Of a stretch of 37,495 nt of DNA, positions 26,496-34,561 are shown in pieces. The stretch spans positions 1 to 37,495 of the forward strand of contig JANMMR010000002.1 in assembly GCA_031373455.1 (NCBI GenBank). Direction: 5' to 3'. How positions within the stretch are numbered: position 1 is the first letter of the stretch; every line of letters begins with the position of its first letter. The notes under the pieces are model-generated. The model was not told the DNA's origin. It made no database searches and saw only the letters and a program-made list of their open reading frames with translations. This DNA comes from Rhodoferax sp. (GTDB lineage: Bacteria; Pseudomonadota; Gammaproteobacteria; Burkholderiales; Burkholderiaceae_C). A program made the translations under genes and the position numbers.

Positions 26496-28595
26496 ATGAA
26501 AAATTCATTCGCACGCCTTGCGGCGGGCACTGCGGTGCTTGTGGGTCTGTGCAGTCAAGCCCACGGGCAGGATAAAGGCATTGCCACGCTAAAAGAAATC
26601 ACCGTCACTGGTAACCCCCTGGGCGCCACGGACCCCATCGCGCCGGCCGCGCAGTACTCGGGCACCCGTCTGTTGTTGCGCTCGCAGACCACACTAGGTG
26701 AGACGCTGGACGGCACACCTGGCATCAGCAGTACCTACTTTGGCCCCAACGCGAGCCGGCCGATCATCCGAGGGCTTGACGGCGACCGCATCCGCATCCT
26801 ACAAAACAGCGGTGCCAGCGTCGACGCCTCGGGATTGAGTTTCGACCACGCCGCGCCCAGCGACCCCATCAGCATGGAGCGCGTTGAAGTGTTGCGGGGG
26901 CCGGGCGCGCTGTTGTACGGCGGCAGCGCCGTCGGCGGCGCCGTGAACGTGATCGACAGCCGGATTCCACGGGGCGCACTGTTTGGCGCAGAGGGCGGCG
27001 TTGGCGGCAAGGCCGATCTGGGTTTTACCAACGGCAATGCCGAACGTGGCGCCGCCTTAGCCCTGGAAGCTGGCAATGCGCGCTTGGCTATCCATGCCGA
27101 TGCCTTCAACCGCACCAGCAGCGACGTGACGGTGCCGGTTTCCCTGCCCTGCAGCAAGTCGGGCTCACCCGTGCAGGGCAACACCATCTGCAATTCCGGG
27201 GCCCAGACGCGCGGTGGCGCACTGGGTGGATCGATGCTGTTCGACCGCGGCTACCTGGGCGCGTCGGTCAGCGATTACGCGTCAAACTACGGGACCGTGG
27301 CCGAAGACGCGGTGACGATCGGCATGAAGTCGAAACGCTACGCGCTGGAAGGTGAAGTCAGGGGATTGGCCGGCCCGCTGCTATCCATCAAGGGCCAGTT
27401 CAGCCGCAGCGAGTACGAACACACGGAATTCGATGCGGGCGTTGCCGGCACAGTGTTCAGGAATGCCGGCAACGACTTGCGTCTGACGGCGCGCCATGCC
27501 CGGCTCGGGCCACTCGAGGGTGTGATAGGCGCGCAGTTCGAGAGTTCACAATTTTCGGCCGACGGCACAGAAGCCTTTGCGCCCTACAGCCGTACCGACC
27601 AACGCGCACTGTTCGCCTACGAAGAATTGCCTCGGCCATGGGGCAAGCTGAGTTTTGGCGCGCGGCTGGAGTCGGTCACCGTGGCGTCAATGGGCAGTCC
27701 ACGGGTGCCCCGGTTTATGCCGGGCAGCCGCAGCTTCGATCCGGCCAGTGTTGCGATGGGCGCTTTGTGGAACCTCTCGCCGGCCTGGCAAATCACGGCC
27801 AACCTGGCCTACAGTGAACGTGCACCCAAAGACTACGAACTGTTTGCCGACGGCCCGCACATTGCCACCAGCGCTTACGAAGTGGGCAATGCCAGCTTCA
27901 CCAAGGAGCGATCCAGCAATCTCGATATTGGTGTGACATGGAAGAACGGTGCCAACCGTTTTGGCCTGAGTGCATTTGTCAACCAGTTCAGCAACTTCAT
28001 TGCACTGGACGCGACGGGTGTGCTGCGTGACAGCGACGGCAATGGCGCCGGTGGCGTCGGCGTGACGGACTCTGGCAACAGTGACAACACCTCCGCCGAA
28101 TCCGGCGGCACAGCGGGCATCCTGCCCGAGTTTGCGTATGCCCAGGTTCCGGCACGCTTCACCGGGCTGGAACTGAGTGGCAATGTCCGCCTGCTGGATA
28201 GCGGGCAAACGCTTGACCTGGAAGTCAGTGGCGACTGGGTGCGCGCCATCAACACGGCCACCGGCCAGAACCTGCCCCGCATCGCCCCACTGCGTGTAGG
28301 TGCCGCCTTGGTCTGGGCGCGAGGGCCTTGGGGCGTGCGGTTGGGTGTCAACCACGTGGCGGCGCAAGGGCAGGTGGCGCCGGGTCAACCAACAACGAGC
28401 GTTTACTCGCTGCTGAACCTCGCGGCCAGTTACCGGCAAACGGTGGGTCGGGCCAGCTACTTCTGGTTTGCACGCATCGGCAACTTGGGCGATGTGTTGG
28501 CATATTCCGCCACATCAATCCTCACCCAAACGGCGCCGGGCAAATCGCCGTTGCCAGGACGCACCGCCAAAGTCGGCCTGCAGGTGAATTTCTAG
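26496..28595 (+). CDS. TonB-dependent outer-membrane receptor (copper/metal receptor, OprC-like)
   Basis: 699 aa. Signal peptide ...CSQAHGQ. Plug-domain motifs (IRGLDGDRIRILQNG, VEVLRGPGALLYG). C-terminal beta-barrel ends in ...GLQVNF. Confidence 0.92.
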   Translation: MKNSFARLAAGTAVLVGLCSQAHGQDKGIATLKEITVTGNPLGATDPIAPAAQYSGTRLLLRSQTTLGETLDGTPGISSTYFGPNASRPIIRGLDGDRIRILQNSGASVDASGLSFDHAAPSDPISMERVEVLRGPGALLYGGSAVGGAVNVIDSRIPRGALFGAEGGVGGKADLGFTNGNAERGAALALEAGNARLAIHADAFNRTSSDVTVPVSLPCSKSGSPVQGNTICNSGAQTRGGALGGSMLFDRGYLGASVSDYASNYGTVAEDAVTIGMKSKRYALEGEVRGLAGPLLSIKGQFSRSEYEHTEFDAGVAGTVFRNAGNDLRLTARHARLGPLEGVIGAQFESSQFSADGTEAFAPYSRTDQRALFAYEELPRPWGKLSFGARLESVTVASMGSPRVPRFMPGSRSFDPASVAMGALWNLSPAWQITANLAYSERAPKDYELFADGPHIATSAYEVGNASFTKERSSNLDIGVTWKNGANRFGLSAFVNQFSNFIALDATGVLRDSDGNGAGGVGVTDSGNSDNTSAESGGTAGILPEFAYAQVPARFTGLELSGNVRLLDSGQTLDLEVSGDWVRAINTATGQNLPRIAPLRVGAALVWARGPWGVRLGVNHVAAQGQVAPGQPTTSVYSLLNLAASYRQTVGRASYFWFARIGNLGDVLAYSATSILTQTAPGKSPLPGRTAKVGLQVNF

Positions 28596-28666
28596 CAAGC
28601 AAGGGGGCACGGCGACATTGAAGGGTGCCTCAGCGGGTTGGTAGACTGGGCGATCGCCGCCGCCCT

Positions 28667-29629
28667 ATGAACCTGCCGACCTTCACGCCTGTCCTGGCGT
28701 CGCTGATCCCCGTCATCCTGTTGATCACCACCGGTTTTGTCGCCGCGCGGGCGGGGTGGCTGCGCCCCGAATCTGTCAAAGACATCTCAACCCTGCTGTT
28801 TCTGGTGCTCACGCCGGCGCTGATGTTCCGCGCCATGAGCCGCGTGCACCTGGAGAGCCTCAACCTGCTGCCAATTGCCGCCTATTTCACGGCGGCGGTT
28901 GCGCTGTTTGGGGCCGTGGTGTGGATCGGGCGCGGCACAGGCCGGGCGGCCGCAATGGCTATTTCGGCCACGTTCGGCAACACCGTGGCGATAGGTATAC
29001 CGTTGATCGGCCTGGCCTATGGTGAAGCGGCCCTGGTGACGCTCTTCACCATCGTCGCGGTGCACGCGCTGATCCTGCTGACGCTCACCACCGTGGTGTT
29101 TGAGCTCGCCGTGGCACGCGAACAGCCGGCCCACGCAGCCGGTGGCGCCAGGCGCTTGATGGTGACCATCGCTGTGGCCGTCAAAAACGGCATCATCAAC
29201 CCGGCGACTTTGCCCACGCTGCTGGGCCTGGCCTTTGCGCAGACCGGTCTGGACCTGCCGGTGGTGCTGGACAACACCTTGAAACTGCTGGCCGGCGCGA
29301 TGGCCCCCGTGGCGCTGATGCTGGTTGGCGTAACGCTGTTTGGCGCGCGGGTGGGCGAGCTGATGCGCCCTGCGCTGGGCTTGACGCTGCTCAAAAACGT
29401 GCTGCTGCCGCTCCTGGTGACGGCCTCCGGTTGGGCCTGGGGATTGTCGGGCCAGACCTTGACGGTGATGGTAGTCGCGGCGGCCATGCCGATTGGCGCC
29501 AATGCCTTTCTGTTTGCCCAGCGTTACAACGTGGCGCAAACGCTGGTCACGGCCAGCGTGGCGGTTTCTGCAAGCTTGGCGCTGGCCTCCGTGCCGCTGG
29601 TGATGGCGTTGGCGGCCGTGCTTAAATAA
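28667..29629 (+). CDS. AEC (auxin efflux carrier) family transporter
   Basis: Start chosen at MNLPTFTPVLASLIPVILL. About 10 TM segments in a two-repeat layout. Confidence 0.85.
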   Translation: MNLPTFTPVLASLIPVILLITTGFVAARAGWLRPESVKDISTLLFLVLTPALMFRAMSRVHLESLNLLPIAAYFTAAVALFGAVVWIGRGTGRAAAMAISATFGNTVAIGIPLIGLAYGEAALVTLFTIVAVHALILLTLTTVVFELAVAREQPAHAAGGARRLMVTIAVAVKNGIINPATLPTLLGLAFAQTGLDLPVVLDNTLKLLAGAMAPVALMLVGVTLFGARVGELMRPALGLTLLKNVLLPLLVTASGWAWGLSGQTLTVMVVAAAMPIGANAFLFAQRYNVAQTLVTASVAVSASLALASVPLVMALAAVLK

Positions 29630-29639
29630 GCCCCAACCC

Positions 29640-30827
29640 ATGCTCAACACGTTACATAAAACTGCCATCCCGCCCGAAGACGAAGCCCTGCGTGCGCCGG
29701 TGCGGGCATTTTTGCGCGAGGCATTGCGTGGCGTTCCGGCCCACGTGCGGGCGAAGTCCTGGATGGGTTACGACGCGGCCTTCAGCCGTGCGCTGGGCCA
29801 GCGCGGCTGGCTCGGTATCACCTTGCCGCGTGAATACGGCGGCGGCGGGCGCAGCGCGTTTGCGCGGTATGTGCTGGTGGAGGAGTTCCTCAACGCGGGC
29901 GCCCCCGTGGGCTCGCACTGGATCGCAGACCGCCAAAGCGCGCCCCTGATTCTGAAATACGGCACCGAGGCGCAAAAGCGGTTTTACCTGCCGCCCATTT
30001 GCCGCGGCGAATCATTTTTTTGCATCGGCATGAGTGAGCCTAATTCGGGCTCTGACCTGGCCAGCGTCAAAAGCCGTGCCACCCCAACCACGGCCAATGG
30101 CGTGAGCGGCTGGCAGCTCAATGGCCAGAAAATCTGGACCAGCAATGCCGCCAACTGCCACCACATGATCGCGCTCGTGCGCACCTCGGGCGAGGCGGCA
30201 GACCGTCAAAAAGGTCTCTCGCAGCTCATCGTCGATCTCTCCTTGCCCGGCGTTACCGTGCGCCCGATCCGCGATTTGACGGGCGACAGCCAGTTTTGCG
30301 AGGTGTTTTTTGAAAACGTGGCCCTCCGGCACGATGCGCTGATTGGCGCCGAGGGCGGCGGCTGGGCGCAGGTCACCGCCGAACTCGCCTACGAGCGCAG
30401 CGGGCCGGAGCGCATTTACTCCAGCATGGTGCTGTTCGATGAGTGGCTGGCGTACATCCGCACCGCCAGGGGCCAGTCGCCCGAATCCGCGCAACTCGCG
30501 GGCAAACTCCTCAGCCAGCTGGCGCCGCTGCGCGCGCTCTCCATCGCGGTGACCGAAAAAATTGTGCAAGGCCAAAGCCCGGTGGTGGAAGCGGCGCTGG
30601 TCAAAGACCTCGGTGTGACGCTGGAGCAACTCATGCCCACAGCGATCGCCGACGACCTGTTCTCGCGGTCCTCACCCGGCACCACACCTGACACGGCACC
30701 CGACATCCCGCTGGAATTGCTTCAGGCATTGACCTATGTGACCCAGGTGGCACCATCGTTCTCGCTGCGCGGCGGCACGCGCGACATCCTGCGCGGCATG
30801 ATCGCGCGCGGGCTGGGGCTGCGCTGA
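29640..30827 (+). CDS. Acyl-CoA dehydrogenase (full three-domain)
   Basis: 395 aa. FAD/substrate motif FCIGMSEPNSGSDLAS and WQLNGQKIWTSNA. Confidence 0.92.
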   Translation: MLNTLHKTAIPPEDEALRAPVRAFLREALRGVPAHVRAKSWMGYDAAFSRALGQRGWLGITLPREYGGGGRSAFARYVLVEEFLNAGAPVGSHWIADRQSAPLILKYGTEAQKRFYLPPICRGESFFCIGMSEPNSGSDLASVKSRATPTTANGVSGWQLNGQKIWTSNAANCHHMIALVRTSGEAADRQKGLSQLIVDLSLPGVTVRPIRDLTGDSQFCEVFFENVALRHDALIGAEGGGWAQVTAELAYERSGPERIYSSMVLFDEWLAYIRTARGQSPESAQLAGKLLSQLAPLRALSIAVTEKIVQGQSPVVEAALVKDLGVTLEQLMPTAIADDLFSRSSPGTTPDTAPDIPLELLQALTYVTQVAPSFSLRGGTRDILRGMIARGLGLR

Positions 30828-30837
30828 TACACGTGCA

Positions 30838-31749
30838 ATGAAGGCCGCAACCGTGAACCCCGGATCCATCGACGACCTCTTCGCCAAGGCGCTGCATGAC
30901 CTGCTGGCGGCGCATTGCACACCGGCCGTGGTGCGGGCGGTTGAACGCGGCGACTCGCCCCAAGCCGCTCAAGACCTGTGGCAGGCCCTGGACGCCTCGG
31001 GTTTTGCCAACGCCATGGTTCCCGAAGCCCTGGGCGGTGCGGGATTGTCACTGGCGCAGGCCTTCCCCCTGTTTGAGTTGTGTGGCCGGTTTGTGGTGCC
31101 ACTGCCGCTGGCTGAAACCATGCTCCTGCGGGCCTGGGCGGCGCAACGCGGCATCGAGTGGCCCAATGCCTGTGTCGGGCTTGAATGGGTGAAGGCGACC
31201 GATCCAAACGTTGAAAGCACCGAGCCGCCAGATGTCCGCGTGATGCAGGCTGCCGTGCTTGCCGCGCAAATGGCCGGCGCCTTGCAGCGCGTGCTGGAGA
31301 TGACGCTGCAGTACGCCAATGAGCGCCAGCAGTTCGGCCGTGCGCTGGGCAAGTTCCAGGCGATCCAGCACCAGCTGGCACAGATGGCCGAGCACAGCCT
31401 GGCGGCCCACATGGCAGCGCAAATCGGTTGCTCGGGCGTGGCTCTGGCCTCAACTCCCGCCGCTCCAGCCTTCATGCCGCAGCGCCTGCGCGCCGGCATC
31501 GCCAAGGCGCGCGCCAGCGAAGCGGCCGTGGTGGTGGCAGACCTGGCGCACTCGATCCACGGCGCCATCGGTTTCACCGAGGCCTTTGACCTGCAACTGT
31601 TCACGCGCCGCCTGCACACCTGGCGGCAGACCGCAGGGGCTGAATCCTATTGGCACCGTGACATTGGCGCGGCGCTGGTGCACCAGCACGATGGTGCGGT
31701 GCTGGACCTGCTGCGCCAGGCAACTGACCCAAGCCCGGCAACGCCCTGA
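30838..31749 (+). CDS. Acyl-CoA dehydrogenase family protein, short form lacking the SEPxxGSD motif
   Basis: 303 aa. The C-terminal ACAD helix domain (YANERQQFGRALGKFQAIQHQLAQM, HGAIGFTEAFDLQLFTRR) is present, but the middle-domain motif is not seen. Confidence 0.85.
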   Translation: MKAATVNPGSIDDLFAKALHDLLAAHCTPAVVRAVERGDSPQAAQDLWQALDASGFANAMVPEALGGAGLSLAQAFPLFELCGRFVVPLPLAETMLLRAWAAQRGIEWPNACVGLEWVKATDPNVESTEPPDVRVMQAAVLAAQMAGALQRVLEMTLQYANERQQFGRALGKFQAIQHQLAQMAEHSLAAHMAAQIGCSGVALASTPAAPAFMPQRLRAGIAKARASEAAVVVADLAHSIHGAIGFTEAFDLQLFTRRLHTWRQTAGAESYWHRDIGAALVHQHDGAVLDLLRQATDPSPATP

Positions 31750-31793
31750 AAACATTCATCCAAGCACCCAACCACACAACCGAAACCAACACC

Positions 31794-32585
31794 ATGGGCC
31801 AATTTTTAAAATCCTCGCGCAACGGCGTCATCCTCACCCTCACCATGAGCCAGCCCGAGACGCGCAACGCCTTGACCGGCAACACAGCGGTGCAGGAATT
31901 TGTAGATACCTGCGCTGCCATCGCGCTGGACGCCAGCGTGCGTGTGGTGATCCTCACGGGCGAAGGGCCGGTGTTCTCATCGGGCGGCAACGTGAAAGAC
32001 ATGAAGCGCTTCTTCGAGCAGGACATTTCGCCCGAGTTGATCCGCGAGGAATACCGCAACGGCATCCAGCGCCTGCCCAAGGCGTTGTACAACCTGGACG
32101 TGCCGGTGATTTGCGCCGTCAATGGCGCGGCGATTGGCGCAGGCATGGATTTGACCTGCATGTGCGACATCCGCATCGCGGCGGACACGGCCACCTTCGC
32201 CGAGAGTTTCGTGCGTGTGGGCATCATCCCGGGCGACGGCGGCGCCTGGCTGTTGCCGCGCATTGTTGGCAAATCCAAAGCTGCCGAAATGGCTTTCACG
32301 GGCGAATCGCTCACGGCTGCAGAAGCCTTGGCATGCGGGCTTGTTTCGCGCGTGGTGCCGGCGGGCGAGTTGATGGCCGAAGCGCAAAAACTTGCCAACA
32401 AAATCGCCGCCAACCCGGGCGGCGTGTTGCGCATGACCAAACGCCTGCTGCGAGAAGGGGAGCGCGCCAGCCTCGAGTCGCTCCTGGAATTGTCAGCCGG
32501 TTACCAGGCCATCGCCCACAAAACGGCGGACCACAAGGAAGCCGTAATGGCCTTCATCGAAAAAAGAAAACCCTCCTTCACCTGA
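31794..32585 (+). CDS. Enoyl-CoA hydratase/isomerase family protein
   Basis: 263 aa. Motifs VILTGEGPVFSSGGNV and AVNGAAIGAGMDL. Confidence 0.92.
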   Translation: MGQFLKSSRNGVILTLTMSQPETRNALTGNTAVQEFVDTCAAIALDASVRVVILTGEGPVFSSGGNVKDMKRFFEQDISPELIREEYRNGIQRLPKALYNLDVPVICAVNGAAIGAGMDLTCMCDIRIAADTATFAESFVRVGIIPGDGGAWLLPRIVGKSKAAEMAFTGESLTAAEALACGLVSRVVPAGELMAEAQKLANKIAANPGGVLRMTKRLLREGERASLESLLELSAGYQAIAHKTADHKEAVMAFIEKRKPSFT

Positions 32586-32603
32586 CGCGCGGGTGGCGCA
32601 CAG

Positions 32604-32675
32604 GCGAAGGAGGGTTCAGGGCTTGAAGGGCTCTAAGGACTAGAAGGTTTTTAAGGCCTTTAGGGTCTTTAAGAA
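32604..32675. repeat. Degenerate 9-bp-periodic repeat array (about 8 units, NYTNAAGGN)
   Basis: gcgaaggag ggttcaggg cttgaaggg ctctaagga ctagaaggt ttttaaggc ctttagggt ctttaagaa, read directly. It has stops in all frames and lies between convergent genes. Confidence 0.55.
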
Positions 32676-32706
32676 TTCAGAGCCCAAAGCCCAAGGGTTT
32701 TGGCCT

Positions 32707-33177
32707 TCAGGACTTGGGAATCACCACTGTGTCGATCACATGGATCACGCCATTGTCGGCGGCGATGTCGGTGCTCACCACTTTGGCGTTGTTCACCATC
32801 ACGCCACCGGCCGTGGTGATGCTCAGGTCGGAGCCCTGCACGGTTTTGACATTGCCGGCTTTCACGTCGGCGGCCATCACCTTGCCGGGGACCACGTGGT
32901 AGGTCAACACGGCGGTCAATTTCGCCTTGTCTTTCAAAAGCGCGTCCAGATCGGCTTTGGGGATCTTGGCAAACGCCGCGTCAGTAGGTGCAAACACAGT
33001 GAACGGGCCCGGGCCTTTGAGCGTGTCGATCAGCCCTGCAGCGGTGAGCGCCGCGGCCAGCGTTTTGAAATTGCCGGCTGAAACGGCGGTGTCGACGATG
33101 TCTTTGGCTTGGGCGCCAACGGCCATGCCGAGTGTCAGAACGGAAGCAAGAATTGCCTTTTTCATGAGTTTCTCCAA
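32707..33177 (-). CDS. Fasciclin (FAS1) domain protein, secreted
   Basis: 156 aa. Signal peptide ...GAQAKD. FAS1 motifs [10 protein letters not shown] and [11 protein letters not shown]. Confidence 0.9.
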   Translation of the reverse strand: MEKLMKKAILASVLTLGMAVGAQAKDIVDTAVSAGNFKTLAAALTAAGLIDTLKGPGPFTVFAPTDAAFAKIPKADLDALLKDKAKLTAVLTYHVVPGKVMAADVKAGNVKTVQGSDLSITTAGGVMVNNAKVVSTDIAADNGVIHVIDTVVIPKS

Positions 33178-33428
33178 TGAAGCAAAGAGACCCTTGGGCC
33201 AAGCCCTGGGTCAACGCCAAAATGGGCGTAGGCGAATTCTATACCGATTAGTCAGTAACGGACTGTAAAGTCTATAAAAAAACTAAACGGTTTCAAATTA
33301 CCCGTGTTTCGAGTCAAAACTTACATCCAGACAAGGCTCCATTCGCCGTTGAAAGGCCTTTGGATGGGTGGAGAAAGTCGTTTCTCGCAAGCTGCGTGGA
33401 ACGTCTGCACGCGCAACTCAGGGTGGTG

Positions 33429-33612
33429 AAACTTGAAATTCAAATTATTGAAATACAAAATTTAACAATACATTAGTCAAAAAAAATGGATATTAAGTCA
33501 CGCATTTGTTAAATAAATTGCTATATATTTTAACTATAAATTGAATAAAATATAGTCAAATATAAACATAAATTATGTAAATTACTATTATTACGGAGGA
33601 ATAATACCCAAT
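33429..33612 (+). promoter_or_regulatory. AT-rich island B
   Basis: I count 11 G/C per 60 nt in both 33481-33540 and 33541-33600. It has no ORF above 8 codons. It ends with SD GGAGG (33595-33599) and ATG (33613). Confidence 0.5.
33495..33532 (+). promoter_or_regulatory. Bipartite motif instance B: AAGTCACG-N17-GCTATATATTTT
   Basis: AAGTCACG is at 33495-33502, a 17-nt spacer at 33503-33519, and GCTAT at 33520-33524 followed by ATATTTTA. Confidence 0.5.
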
Positions 33613-33627
33613 ATGGGTATGGCCATC

Positions 33628-33663
33628 GGCGATGGCGATGGCGATGGCGATGGCGATAGCGAT
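33628..33663. repeat. Hexanucleotide tandem repeat (GGCGAT)5 plus one degenerate unit
   Basis: Five perfect GGCGAT units at 33628-33657, then AGCGAT, decaying into GACGCG/ACCGCG/ACGGCA. Confidence 0.9.
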
Positions 33664-33671
33664 GACGCGAC

Positions 33672-33690
33672 CGCGACGGCAACCGTCGCG
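33672..33690 (-). terminator. GC hairpin CGCGACGG-CAA-CCGTCGCG just downstream of the pdxH stop
   Basis: Perfect 8-bp stem, 4 nt after the pdxH stop on the minus strand. There is no U-tract, so it may be a stabiliser rather than a canonical terminator. Confidence 0.35.
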
Positions 33691-33694
33691 TTCC

Positions 33695-34357
33695 TCAGGG
33701 CGCCAGCCGCTCACGCACCCAAGCGCCCGTGTCATCCAGCCGGTAGCGCAGCCGGTCGTGCAGGCGGCTTTTTCGGCCCTGCCAGAATTCCCATTGGTCG
33801 GGTACCAGCCGGTAGCCGCCCCAGTGCGGTGGGCGTGGTGGGTTCAAGGCGAATTTCGCGGCATATTTGGCGGCGTTGGCCACCAGCACCGCACGGCTGC
33901 TGATGACCTCGCTTTGCGGAGACGCCCAGGCGCCAATGCGCGAATCCAGCGGGCGGGTTTTGAAATACGCGTCGCTCACCTCGGCGCTCACCTTCTCCAC
34001 CCGCCCTTCTATGCGCACCACGCGTTCAAGCTCGACCCAGTGGAATTGCAACGCGGCGAAAGCGTTGTGCGCCAGCTCGCGGCCCTTGCGGCTTTGGTAG
34101 TTGGTGTACCAGACGATGCCGCATTGGCCGGCTTGATCGTCAAGGCCCTTGATGAGCTGGATGCGTGTGGAGGGGCGGCCGTTGTCGCCCACCGTGGCCA
34201 ATGTCATGGCGTTGGGCTCGGGCACCTGCGCGGCAATGGCTTCTTCCAGCCAGCGCGAAAACTGGTCTTGCGGGCGGGCCAGCGAGGCGGACTCGTCCAG
34301 CTCGGCGCGTTCGTAGCTTTTTCTCAATGCGGCAAGCTGGTCAGACGTCAAGGACAT
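33695..34357 (-). CDS. pdxH: Pyridoxamine 5'-phosphate oxidase
   Basis: Start chosen at [16 protein letters not shown]. Motifs [17 protein letters not shown] and the C-terminal [22 protein letters not shown] are classic PdxH. Confidence 0.92.
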   Translation of the reverse strand: MSLTSDQLAALRKSYERAELDESASLARPQDQFSRWLEEAIAAQVPEPNAMTLATVGDNGRPSTRIQLIKGLDDQAGQCGIVWYTNYQSRKGRELAHNAFAALQFHWVELERVVRIEGRVEKVSAEVSDAYFKTRPLDSRIGAWASPQSEVISSRAVLVANAAKYAAKFALNPPRPPHWGGYRLVPDQWEFWQGRKSRLHDRLRYRLDDTGAWVRERLAP

Positions 34358-34561
34358 GGCCGCCAGTATAGGCAGGCGCAAATGGCCGCACCTGTGGGTC
34401 GTACATGCGGGCCGCGAGCGTGCCGACATTGTTTCAAATTGCGAATTCCAGATGCATACAAGGGCTTTCCCGGATACGGTTCGGAACATCTTGAACTAGG
34501 CTCTACGGCGGACAAAAGAGCAAGTCGGCCATATCGCCACATTTCAACCGGAGACTTCAAG

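Noticed and set aside
33290-33428. Possible riboswitch or sRNA upstream of the fasciclin gene, with palindrome AAAGGCCTTT at 33352-33361 and a GCGTG/CACGC stem.
   Set aside because: I could not match it to any riboswitch or sRNA family. The structures are short and could be chance.
3803-33612. AT-rich islands A and B (same orientation, 29.6 kb apart) as direct-repeat boundaries of a genomic island.
   Set aside because: The similarity is limited to the short bipartite motif, not extended att-like repeats. The intervening genes are housekeeping (efflux, Liv transport, msrA, beta-oxidation) with host-like composition. There is no integrase and no tRNA.
33628-33663. Possible CRISPR array.
   Set aside because: The units are 6 bp and contiguous with no spacers, and there are no cas genes. 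It is a microsatellite.
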